From assembly GCF_009914755.1 (NCBI RefSeq), contig NC_060931.1: 64,000 bases of DNA. One strand, written 5' to 3'. The notes beneath the pieces are model-generated. The model was not told the DNA's origin and did no database searches. It worked only from the letters and a program-made list of their open reading frames with translations. Origin of the DNA: the human T2T-CHM13v2.0 reference genome, Homo sapiens. This document shows positions 41,965 through 53,896 of this stretch, piece by piece (the first letter of the stretch is position 1; every line of letters starts with the position of its first letter). Position numbers and translations under genes: made by a program.

Positions 41965-42635
41965 ATATACCTTTTATCATATTGAAGTATGTTCTTTTTA
42001 TTAACTTTTTGAAAGTTTTTTTTTATGAAGAATGATGAAATTAACCAAATGCTTTTTCAGCATATATTGAAATGATCATATGGTTATGTCTTTCACTATG
42101 TTGACATGATATATCACGTTTATTGATTTGAATATGTTGAGCCATCATTGCATCCCTGAGATGAATCCCAGTTGACCATGATGAATGACCTTTTTAATGT
42201 GTTGTTGAATTTAGTTTACTAGTATTTTGTTGAAGATTTTTGCTTCAATGTTCATCAGAGATACTTGGCCTCAATGTTACTCAGAGATATTGGCCTGTAG
42301 TTTCTTTTTCTCAGGGCAGCACTGAGTTTCAGTGCAGAGTCCCATATTCAATTTGTTCTCTTTGCCCCAAATACACAGATTTTCTCTCCATGCTTTGCTT
42401 ATTGAGGTTGGGAGAGGGGTGGTGAAGGCAATGCAAGACTGTCTTTCCTACCTTCTCCAGTGCCTCTTTCCTTGTTATTAGGTTAAAATGAGGTACTGTG
42501 ATTGCTCACTTGATTTTTTAGTTCCTATGAAGGTGCTTTCTTATGTGGATAGTTGTTTAATTTGGTGTCCCTAGAGGGGACCACAGGGGCAGTGTTCTGT
42601 TGAGTTGTCTTACTCCCTCCCCCAGCCCACCTCCA

Positions 42636-42720
42636 TTTTCTTTTTTTCTTTTTTCTTTTTTTTTTTTTGAGATGGAGTCTCACTCTGTAGCCCAGGCTGG
42701 AGTGCAATTATACAATCTCA
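42636..42720 (-). mobile_element. Alu 3' fragment (tail plus ~52 nt)
   Basis: (T)n GAGATGGAGTCTCACTCTGTAGCCCAGGCTGGAGTGCAAT..., ends abruptly. Confidence 0.9.
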
Positions 42721-44712
42721 AATTATTGACACATATTTACAACTGTTCCAAGAAAATAAAAATATCTATATTTAAATAAAAATTATTTTTAATAAATTGA
42801 AATTCTCATCCTAACTTTAGCATTTGAAATATCATGTATAAACATTATTTTGTTAAATATTTACTGAAAAAACTGGAGCTGGATAGACACAGGCAGCCCC
42901 TAGCAACCCTCCATTAAGGAATGAGCAGAATAAGTACTGCTACCATATTCTACTACTTCTTTCTATCTCTCCATGGTGTTCAATGTTGTTTGGATCCACT
43001 AGAAAATATTAATGCAGTTGATACAGATGACTTCTCTCCTACACCCACCTTTCACAGAGCAAGGAGAGAAAGAATAGAGAGTGGAACTGGAGGGAGAAAT
43101 TAGAGCTACTCTTAACCTACTTTGTGATTATATTACTAAACTTATTTAAGAAAAGCTAAAGGTAAAGGAATTTAAACTCTACACAATTAGATGGTAAGAA
43201 ATAGCTAAGGAAAATTATTCAAAACACTTTAAATAAGAAAATGAAGTCAGAATTAGACTTCACTATATCTTGTACCGCTTTTTGACCTCACAAAAATAAT
43301 AAACATGATTAACCAAGTCACACACATATTATTTATGTGATTTAACTCTTAATGCTTCTAAATAAAATGGCTGCCAATTTTATTTGAACTCAATATTTCA
43401 TATTTGTATGTGACAAAGATGACTTGAAGTTACTCCCCTATGAATGGACCTGTATATAGGTATAAAAGTATACCTATATAAAATATATAGGATATATACT
43501 TTTCCACATACTTCTGCATTTCAAAGGAATTTGGTGGAGGCTTTTCCTCTTGAAAACTTATTGAATATTGAAATTAATCCTGAAGTTCTATTTTAAAACT
43601 AATCAGGCAGTGTTCCTGATTTTAAATTCAAGTGCAAGCTAAAGCAGGGATCTTTTCAAGTAAGCTGAATTTTAGTGAAATTGTTTCCACAGGGGTTTAA
43701 TTATTAGTAGAATATTTCCTCCATTGTGTTTCTCCTTTTTCTTCTAATTCTTGAAGAAGTCATACAAATTTTGAACACAATATTAATTATACACAAAGGA
43801 GTTCAAGAGTGCTTTTATAAGACTAAGTTTAAAATTTGGAGGGAAAACTTCTACTGGAAAATATTCAACGCATTAAAACAGAAACAGAATTTTTTTTCTC
43901 CCAATATGTTTGATCACCAAAATTATAAGTTTGCAGCCAGAGTAAATTAAACAACATAATTAGAGATACCATTCTAATAGGAGAATAAAGGATCACATGT
44001 TACTAAGAGATTATATGAAGAGCCATGTAGACTGACTGAACAGCAACGTATGGATTTTTGATAAAGTTTCTCTACAATGAAGTCAATATAAATAAAGTAG
44101 AAATATCATGTTCATTTATTATATCTGTATTCATGACATGCTTAAATATTAACCTCCTCCTTTCTAGAGTAACAACTCTTATATTTTTGGAGATCTGGCA
44201 GGAAGTCCTATCTCTCTGAACATCGCCGAGAAATCATAAAATTTGTGACAGAATTGACTATGATGAGGGAAATGGGGCATTTCTCAATGGTGGCAGAGAT
44301 GGTCAGCAGTTTTCACACTTGAGGAGAATAGGGAGCAAACTGAAGCTTGTGTAGTAGCGTGGCTCTGGGAAACTAGACATTTTTTCAATGCAAGCAGTCG
44401 GATCTTTCTCAGCCTCACAGAACCATGTGACTGCTTTTCCCTGAATCCAGTTCTAGCCCTTCTCCCTGCATTTAACTAATGCATTTAAGGGGTGCCAGTA
44501 CATGTACACTAGAAAAGTATTGTGTGAGAGTAGTTATGGTACAACATGGGAATTGTAGGAAGGGTAAAATTCTGTTAAGTTGTTTCAAGCTTATGCCTAA
44601 ATATGAGATACAGAAAGCTACAGATATTTGCTGTCAGAAATAGGAGACAAGTGGTTAGCTGTTAGAAATTGGGTAACAAAAACCACTATAACCCCTAGTC
44701 TATCATAAGGCC

Positions 44713-45121
44713 ATTCATATAGTAAAGTCCTAACTCCCAAGTACCTTCGAATGTGTCTTATTTAGAAATAGGATCATTGCAAATATAATTTGTTAGGATG
44801 AGGTCATACTAAAGTATGGTGGGCCTCCTGTTCCAATATGTCCATCATGATGAACCATACAAAAGGGGAAATTTCAACACAGACACATACACAAGGAGAA
44901 AACCATGTAAATATTGGAGTTATGCTGCCATAAGCCAAGGAACTAGAAGAAGCAAGGAGATAAATTTGGGACAGATCCTTCCCTAATACATCCAGAGGAA
45001 GCATGTCCCTGCCAACATCTTGAGAACTTCTAGCCTCCAGAACTATGAGACAATAAATTTCTGTTATCCAAATAACACAGTTTATGTTATTTTGTTATGA
45101 CAGCCCTAGCAAAGTAATGCA
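44713..45121 (+). mobile_element. MLT1C-like MaLR LTR
   Basis: AAGTCCTAACTCCCAAGTACC...GATGAGGTCATACT...AAGCCAAGGAAC...CTTCTAGCCTCCAGAACTATGAGACAATAAATTTCTG...CAGCCCTAGCAAAGTAATGCA. Confidence 0.85.
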
Positions 45122-46959
45122 TTCACCTTGCTGAGGCTGATATAGGGATGAAGAGAAGCTTGGCATGAGCATATATAACAGTGAACTAGAATAAGTCCAC
45201 AGAGGATTGGATGCAATATAGCTACATAATTTGCTAAACTCACTTTCCTTGGCACTTAGCTAAGGTGCTTCCACAGCTAAGATCCCAGAATGTACAGATA
45301 AACTGATCCAGTGAAAAGGAGGACTCAATACTCATCTTATCCCCTTTTATTAGTTTTCATGAAATCCTAAACGTGAAATCTTGAGAAGGAGGATGGGGCA
45401 TTAAAAAAATCCATCTCTGCATCTCAACTCTGCCTGTTACCCTGTTTTTTTTTCAAAACTTCGTTGGTATCTCAGAAGAATTAAGATGGGAGCATAACAG
45501 TGCCCCCCCAACAGAGTTTATCATACAGATTTGGACCCTAAAACAGTCAGACATCTGATTTTTGAGTGCTCAGCATCTATTCTTTTATTTTGCTAAGGCC
45601 ACACCAAAGTGTTCCCTGGGAAAGGATCCCTTCCTCATCCTGCTTGGCCTTGGAGGGACAGTCAATGGAGGACCCACATCTCCTTCTCTTGCCGGGGTTT
45701 GTGCATGTCACAGAGACTAAAACAATCAGATGCTTTCTTGTGGGAATTTGGACCTTGTCACAAGAACAGAAACATTTGGAATCAATTTATTTTCATGGTG
45801 ATGGCCTGAAAAGACTGTCCTTTTGTTACTGGTTATAAGAGCCTCAGAATTGCCTGTTCCTGTCTTTCCAAAGACCTTAACTTCTCTTTTGGTGCTGTGA
45901 AATACTCAGTTACCAGTGGATTAGATTTTCATAAGTTAGTAAGGGTTGTTTTCTGCTGCTTTCAATTGAAGATTCTTAACTAATTCAGCATACCATCCCA
46001 TTTAAAGTTTTTTAGTATTCTGATGCTGGTATTTCTGGGGATAACAATGGTAGTAGGGCATTTAAATTACTTATTTGATAAATATTGTTTTGAAGACTTT
46101 TTTCCTCTCAAAATCATCTAAGTAAAGTACTTTAGCAATTAACTCTGGATCAATAGTGGTTAAATTCTGCATTGAAGCATAATAGTTATGAAAACCACAC
46201 AGGGTTTTAACTTTAGGGTATGGAAATACTTTTGAATTTAAATGGCTTCTCAACAATTTACATTGTTCCTCAGTCTCTTTGTACACTGTCCTTGAAGAAT
46301 AAGATTAAAACTAGAGGGAATGTTTTCTGTTCCCTGAAAATGAAAATTGCTGGTAGAAAAGGGAAGGACATTCATGGTAGCCTATACAGCACAATATAAA
46401 TGATATTTAATTAATGTTTTTGAAAACACATTTTATTGTTCAAGAAAAATATTCACTTGTTTATATATTATTTGTCATAATAAGGGGGAGAAAAAGCATC
46501 CCAAATTTCAACAAGAAAAATGTAAATTTTAAGGTTATAGAAAAAACCCAAAACAGTCTATTTTAGTTCATAATACACGTAACATTGAGTTTAATAATTT
46601 TAAATATATAACACATCTCTTGTTATTTTGGTAATACTTCTAAAATACATACAACTTTGACACAAATATATAAGATGTCTAAGTACTGTAAAGTAGCTGA
46701 AAATGGCTTAACTAGAAATCAAGTACTTTTCCAAATCCTTTCTTTCAAAATTCCAAGTTCATTTCCAAACATCTCATTTCTAAGTTCATTTCTTTTCTAT
46801 CCCTGTAAAATTCATCAGCCAAGACCGCAAGCCAGAATCACATCTGTCTTTCAACTCTGGCTTATGAATTTTACAGTGATAGAAGACATACTCCTGTCAA
46901 AAACAAAATCTATATACAAACAAAATCTATATGTATTTTCTAAACAAGGAGATACTTTA

Positions 46960-47291
46960 AAAAAATTATTTCCATAGGTTATTGGAGAACAAGTGGTGTT
47001 TGGTTACATGAGTCAATTCTTTAGTGGTGATTTGTGAGATTTTGGTGCACCATCACCCGAGCGGTATACACTGCCCCCAGTTTGTAGTCTTTTATCCCTC
47101 ACCTTCTTCCCACCCTTTCCCTTTGAGTCCCCCAAGTCTATTGTGTCATTCTTGTGCCTTTGCATCCTCATAGTCTAGCTCCCACTTATGAGTGAGAACA
47201 CACAATGTTAGGTTTTCCATTCCTGAGTTACTTCACTTAAAATAATAGTCTCCAGGCTCATCCAGGTTGCTGAAAATGCCGTTAATTCATT
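46960..47291 (-). mobile_element. L1PB 3' end, 5'-truncated
   Basis: TTTCCATAGGTTATTGGAGAACAAGTGGTGTTTGGTTACATGAG...GCTCCCACTTATGAGTGAGAAC; possible TSD GAGATACTTTAAA/GAGATAATTTTAAA. Confidence 0.9.
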
Positions 47292-47524
47292 ATGAAGAGA
47301 TAATTTTAAAGGCTCAAAATAAGTTGTAATGTATAAACAATTATAAATGTTAGACATTTTGTTATGTAAAACTATAAATTATTTAGGTTTAAAAATAAAT
47401 GTAAAAATTTTCACTAAAGAAGACCAAAATGAAACAATATTTTAATATAATTAAACTGAAATTTATCATTTGTATTACTTCCATTTTATCTTGTATCTAT
47501 TCTAAAATTATATATGTATGTATG

Positions 47525-48282
47525 TGTAATCACCCAGCAGATTCTTCTTCCTTGCTGCACAGATAAAAAGCCAATTCTCTGAGACAATGGTATTGCAGTA
47601 GAGAAAGAGTTTAATAATTGCAGGGCCAGCCAGGTGGAAAGACTGGAGTTATTATTACTCAAATCAGCCTCCCCAAAAATTCAGAGGCTAGGGTTTTTCA
47701 AGGATAATTTGGTGGGCACTAGGGAATGGGGAATGCTGATTGATTGGGTTGAAGATGAAATTATAGGAGGTCAAAGCTGTCTTCTTGCACTGAGTCAGTT
47801 CCTGGGTGGGACCACATGATCAGTTGAGCCAGTTTGTTGGTATGGGTTACTTATCTGGATGGTGCCAGCTCGTCCATCAGAATGCAGAGTCTAAACACCA
47901 CCTCGAACACCAATTGTAGGTTTTACAGTAATGTTATCTATAGAAAAAATTGGAAAGGTTAGGAATCTTGTAACCTCTGGCTCTATAATTCCTGACCACA
48001 GTTCTAATCCTGTGGCTAATTTGTTAGTTTTACAAATGTGGTTTTTGGTCACCAAGCAAAAAGAGGATAGTTTTGGGAAGGGGCTATTATCATCTTTGCT
48101 TGAAGGTTAAACTATGAAATAAATTCCTCCCGTAGTTACCTTGGCCTGCACCAAGGAATGAACAAGGGCAACTTGGAGGCTAGAAGCAAGATGGAGTCAG
48201 TTAGGTCACATTTTTTTTCACTGTCATTGTTTTTCTATGTCAGATTTCTCTCACTGCCATAATTTTTGCAAAGACTGTTTCA
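47525..48282 (-). mobile_element. LTR8A/B-like ERV1 solo LTR
   Basis: Minus strand begins TGAAACAGTCTTTGCAAAAATTATGGCAGTGAG...GACCTAACTGACTCCATCTTGCTTCTAGCCTCCAAG; ends ...GATTACA. Confidence 0.85.
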
Positions 48283-48542
48283 ATCATATGCATATACATA
48301 CATATGTATATGTATACAATTGTGTTCAATGTAAAATTTAAATAAATACATTTTAAAGGTTTTTTTTCCCCTTTAAAGTTGATGAAACAATGTCTTACAC
48401 TTACAGTCAGAAAATCCGGTGATGAATCCTACTACCCTTCTAGTAACTGACTAAGAAATGCTGTCTTGAAAATGTCCCTTAGTTTCTCTGAGATTCAGTT
48501 TTGTTATTAATTCAATGTGTTATTGATTAAATTTTGCCTACC

Positions 48543-48880
48543 TGTATCAGTTAAATAGGGTAAGTTATGCTGTGCTAACAAATTACCTCCAAGTTTCAGT
48601 GGCTTTAAAAGAACATCCTCTTTTTTTTTTACTGCTCACCTAAGCAACGTGTCAATGTTGTAGACATACTCCATCCCTGCGTCTATGGCTCCATTGCCTT
48701 CCATCTCATCATCATCATGGAACAAAGCTTGTGGGGGCATTACATCTGGAATCAGATCTGCTTCTAAAAGAAAACCAGGCATTGCCCAATGAGAGGCAGC
48801 TGTCCTGGGAGGGGCGGGGGGGTGCCGAGAAATCCAGAGGAGAAGTAGATGGGCTTGTCAACAGGGTGTGGTCAGAGGAG
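48543..48880 (-). mobile_element. Ancient MLT1-type LTR, probably followed by MaLR internal sequence to ~50300
   Basis: TGTATCAGTTAAATAGGGTAAGTTATGCTGTGCTAACAAATTACCTCCAAGTTTCAGTGGCTTT is the antisense MLT1J/K-type terminus; extent of the internal part uncertain. Confidence 0.55.
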
Positions 48881-50437
48881 CTCAAAGATGAAAAGTCAAT
48901 CTCTTCTTTTTCAAGAATCAGATCTGCCTTGTGGCCTTGGCTTATGGATTTTACAGGGATAGAAGACATACTCCTGTCAAGAAAGCCAGCCACTTCCTTC
49001 TGGCCTCTTCTGTCTTTTGCTTCCTGAGCTCAAGACCTTTTCTCTTTTAATTCCATGGCAGATTCCACAGGATTCTAACTTGCCTGTTTTCTAAGTCCCT
49101 GAACAGTAAAGATGGGATCTAAAGTTGGTTTTGAGGCGGCTTTTACTTCAAACTTGAGGCAGACAACTTTTTTTCCTTCAGGTTTCAATGTTGAGGGTTT
49201 CTTATGAACAAGTTTCTACCATCCTGGTTATCCAAATTCCTGAGCACCTGAACAGAAGTATATGGGATTTTCCATACTGAGGCAACCTGCTACTGTGCTC
49301 CATTAGTTTGAAGTCTTTTTATTTTTCCCTAGCAAAAAAGTCCAATGTTTCCCAATAAAAATGCAGATATCTTCGTTCTATCTGAAATAACCTTGATGTC
49401 CACTTCCTTCCAGAGACAAGTTGTACATTGCCAACATGATGACTTTGCTGCTATGTCAGCCTCAGCCTTTCATACTGTTCCTTGCCATCTGCTGAGCAAT
49501 CAGAAAAAGTAAATCTAAAAAAATTATCACCCTTAACGTAACTGAGCTGTCCCTTCAGCTGTCTGGTTGGTATCCATTTTTGGTACTTGTCACAGAAGCA
49601 GGACAGCTGCTTCTCCATCCACAATACATCTTCTTCATCGCTGTTAGGGAATCCCTGCTGTAGTCATGACATAAGTCTACTGATGTCTGATCCTCCAATT
49701 TGACAATCAGGGGAGTCTCTCTCTCCACTTCACCTTCATCCAGCCCTTCCGAGGTAGATGTTATTATGGCTTCATCACTATGTTGACTGATCAAACTACT
49801 TAGGTGGATGTAACTATCTATTCCTTCTCACAGATTTAGCAGTGCTTTTCAGTCACAAACCTAAGCTCAGGGCCATGAACTTAACAGGACTTTTACCAGG
49901 ATCACATAGGCAGAAACTCTTTAGGAGACTGTATGCCCATACTTCTTTATTCAGACATAAGGAACTTTGAAAGCAGTAATTTACAATATATGATCCACTG
50001 TCCTTTATTTGATCAAGTTTAAAAAGACAGTGACTAAAATAAGATTAAGATACCACTAAGCTATTCTCCATCAACAGGCACAGATACACACACACACAGT
50101 GTCATCTGTCCCATTGATATTTCACATTCATTTCAAGTTAAGTTCTTTGAAATCCTTTTGCGAATAACATCTGTCTTTCTGCTTCAAGTTGCTCAGTTAA
50201 AATAATCTGTTCTCCCAAAACACAAATGTCTCCTTTTTTCTAATTTTGTCTCTCAGTGTCTCTGATAACTCCATCATGAAGCCTCTGCTGGTCCTGCCAT
50301 TGCTCCAGATGCATGCTGGCCACTGTGGCTGCCATCAGCATCACCACCGAGAGGCCCAGCAGTGCCTTCAAACTCCTCGACATCTCTGTGCCAGCTTCCA
50401 AGGCCTCTTTCTCCCACCTCTCAAGGCTGGTCAGTAG

Positions 50438-50838
50438 CATTTAATTTAGTTCAACAAACATCTATCGACTGTCTGTTATAGGTAAGGCATCAAAAGATTT
50501 ACTAACTAGTGGAGGAGGTATACAAACAAAAATGATCTATATTATAAGTCAGAGTAGAGTAAGTGGTGGAAATAAGTGCAATAAAAGAAACATCTAGGGA
50601 AAGAGAAGGAATAATATTCTGACTTGGGGACCAGATAATGTTTCACAGAACTCTAGTATAAGCTGGGCCTAGAACAATGAGTAGAGTTTCAAAAGCAGGA
50701 GGAGGGGAGGTGTATGCAAGGTGGGGCAGAGGAAAAAATATTTCAGGTTAGAGTCAAAATATGAGAAAAATCATAGTGATAAGAAAATTTATGGCCTATT
50801 TGGGCAATGTCAAACAGTCTAGCATGACAGAAACATTT

Positions 50839-50880
<42 letters not shown>

Positions 50881-51270
50881 TGTGTGTGTGTGTGTGTCTG
50901 TGTGTGTGTGACTGGACCATGAAGAGCCCTGAATGCCATGCTAAAGTGTTTAGATTTTATCCCTTAAAATAGATGTCCTAAAAGGTTGCCCAGCTAGGGA
51001 ATGATATGTGCGAACTTTTGCTTTAAGAATATATATAGCTCTTGAAGCTGAGTGAAGAGTGATTGATAGAATGATAGAATGACAGTTAGATCTTGTGGAA
51101 TAAATTCAAGCTAGGAGATCCAGCGATAAGAATGTGAGAAAGAAACCAGGAGGGCAGAGAGAACGGAGAGGGACTGATATGGAATATTGTGGAAGTGGAC
51201 TCAATTGGACTTGACAACTGCCTACATATGGACGGCAAAGGAGAGGTGGGAGTTTTTTACTTGGGTGATA
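50438..51270 (-). mobile_element. L2 fragment with embedded (TG)n
   Basis: TTCAACAAACATCTATCGACTG...GAAGAGCCCTGAATGCCATGCTAAAGTGTTTAGATTTTATCC...GGACTTGACAACTG. Confidence 0.75.
50843..50910. repeat. Compound (TG)n microsatellite
   Basis: About 34 dinucleotides with two interruptions. Confidence 0.95.
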
Positions 51271-52140
51271 TTCACATTTTCTCAGCATTTACTCCCCTCC
51301 CACTAGGGGGTCATGCAATGACTCCACCGAATTCAGTCAATGTCCCTGGTCTCTTCTTTAGTTTTTCCTTCCTAAATTCATTCATGTTGTTGGGCATACA
51401 GATTTTGCCTCACTGCCCATGCTTTGGGCATTGATGTACATACAGGGTCTATAATCATAGAAGCAACCTTATGAAAGTGATCTTTTAATACTGATCAGTA
51501 GGAGTAGTACTTTACCTACCACTGTATGCAGACTTGAGGAAGCACCATAACTCTTCTGTTCATCCTTAAGTAAGAGAAAGAGTTATAGCCACTTTAAATG
51601 ACTTGTCTCAATTAGGTAAAAAGAATGTGTAGTCAAATAACAAAACTTAGAATGTCATTTAAAGTATAAAAACATTCTCCCACCACCCCTTCCCAAGCTG
51701 GGGTCTGCTCTGCAATGGGTGCTGGCAACTCAACTCCTAGCATTTCTTCTCTTCCTTCAGTTTTTTAGACTAATGGGAAGAGAGGAGAAAGAAGGGAGAC
51801 GGAAAAGTTGTTATCTTTGTTCTCATTGTAACATGAGTTTACTCCCTTGAAGCCTGAATGATGATGAAAGCTAATTCTTTAGTGGGCACTTTGGTGGAGT
51901 CATTGGAAACCCTTGTGTATCATCTCATCTATAGTTCCCTTGATACAGATGAAAGTTTCCCTATTTTATCTGTTCACTTACTTCCTCTGCAGCTCTTAGC
52001 AATTCTTTGGTTCACCTTGAACTCTTGTCTGCTGAGGTCTCAGCACAGGCAGTCCTTATAGGGGAGGCTCTAATACAACTCACATGCTGGCTGACCCTCA
52101 TCTGGTCCATGGGAAGCATAAACACATTCTTGGCTCAGAC

Positions 52141-52183
52141 AATAAATCAGCAGATAATAAATTAGCAGATAATAAATCAGCAG
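52141..52183. repeat. 15-bp tandem repeat, ~3 copies
   Basis: AATAAATCAGCAGAT AATAAATTAGCAGAT AATAAATCAGCAG. Confidence 0.9.
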
Positions 52184-52814
52184 CAACATGCTCCTAAAGC
52201 TTCTGGCCAGACCATCCCAATCCCTAGATTTTCTGAGTATGAGTCAAGCAATAGGCTGCCATGTCTCCATAATACATAAGACTCATCAAACTCTAGGCAA
52301 CCCCTATAAACTCCCTCTCACTAGTTTGCGATGAGGCACAAACAGCCATCAACTTTCCTTTGTTCCTCAAGAGGTGGGCTTGAGGATGGAAGCAGTAATC
52401 TGCAAAGACATTTTCCGTACAAAGATAGTTTCTACTTTTGCTCTCATGACTATTTTTAAACTTAAAAAGGCTGAGACATTTGAGAGAATCATGGAATCAG
52501 TCATTAACCAAATTCATTAAAATTTTTATATGGTTTAGCACCCCCTTTCCAATGCAGAATTTTTAATATTTTGATATTTCAGTTGAAACTTCCAAATTTA
52601 ACATTGGTTTCAATCATTGTCCATTTGATTCCCAAGCCCACCTTCTTCCTGGAGGTTGTTCTACTGTATTCAGGTTCCTCTTGATCCAAAACCTCCAGCC
52701 ACTTTACTTTCAAATTCAGCTTATACAGGTTCCTGGTGTCAACATCTATGCCAGAGATGCGAATCATTTGCCTGGCTTGAGGGGAGATAGGGAAGTGATG
52801 GGAATAGAGAAATG

Positions 52815-53026
52815 TGTTGTAACTTCAGCACTGTTAACATTGTGGGTCAGATAATTCTTTGTTGTGGGAGTCTGTCCTGTACATTGTAGGATATTTTCAG
52901 CATCAGTGGCCTCCATCCATTGGATGCCAGTAGAAACCCCATTTCCTGGTTGTAAAAACAAAAAAAGTCTCTAGAAATTGCCAAATGTCCTCTGGAGGCA
53001 AAATCACACACAGTGGAGAACTAGTG
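52815..53026 (+). mobile_element. MER20 (hAT-Charlie)
   Basis: CAGATAATTCTTTGTTGTGGG...CTGTCCTGTACATTGTAGGAT...ATTGCCAAATGTCCTCTGG...GAGAACTAGTG. Confidence 0.9.
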
Positions 53027-53896
53027 GAATAGAGTAAGAGAAACAGTTTAAGTTTTGCTGTTTATGGTGAAAGTAATGATTTTGGTTGTGTATGTTAGGA
53101 GAGGAGCTAACAATACACTTATCTGGGGTGATTTAACAGTTGTGGTCTTGCATTGATAAGCTAAGTCAAAGCTTGACTTCTGGTTTGGGAGTCATTTGTA
53201 CATAGCTGATACATGTACACCAGTGTGGGATGAGTAGTGCAAAGGGCTGAGGAGAAATGAGTGGGAGACCTTTGTTCAAGGAATGGACAAGTTGTAATTA
53301 GAGATTACAGTTGACTTAGAAGGGTGTGGTGGGACAATTATAAAGCAAGAGAATGTTTCAGACAGGAGAATCAAGGAAAGAATGTTAAGAACTGCTGAGA
53401 GGTGAAGGAATACTTCTTTCTGTTTGACTTGTTCAGGCCAGACTCCAAGTAGGGCACATAGATGGTCTCGGCCAGGCTTTATTTTTTATTGGAATTGCTG
53501 GAGGCCCAGTATTGAGTCTGATTTGCCAAGCGTCTAAATAATTTTAAGAAAACTCATCATCTTACACAGTAACAACATGAAAATTCTCAGATACCAAGAA
53601 GTTCTTTCTCTAACAATAAAGCTCCTAGACTTTCATGATGACATTTTTTCAGAACAGATTCTGTGAAGTCTGTTGTGTAATAGCACCATCTGATATATCA
53701 TTTCCTAGGGTGGAATTGTTGACTGAGACTAATTTGTCTGTTCACAAGTAAGAATCAGAAGACACTGCAATATCTTAGACTTTGTAAAGTAACAGAAAAC
53801 CTAAAGTGGAACAACATACCACGGATGATAATTGTTAATAAGCTAAAGACAAAGACTAGAAGGAACTAGAGAAAACAGGTTATGGATATTTTACAT

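Noticed and set aside
52141-52183. CRISPR-like array
   Set aside because: No unique spacers and eukaryotic context; it is a simple tandem repeat
51290-52560. Possible ancient LTR element (similar stretches at 5000-6300, 14470-15100, 44100-45950)
   Set aside because: Looks repeat-like but no family or termini could be assigned without a Dfam search
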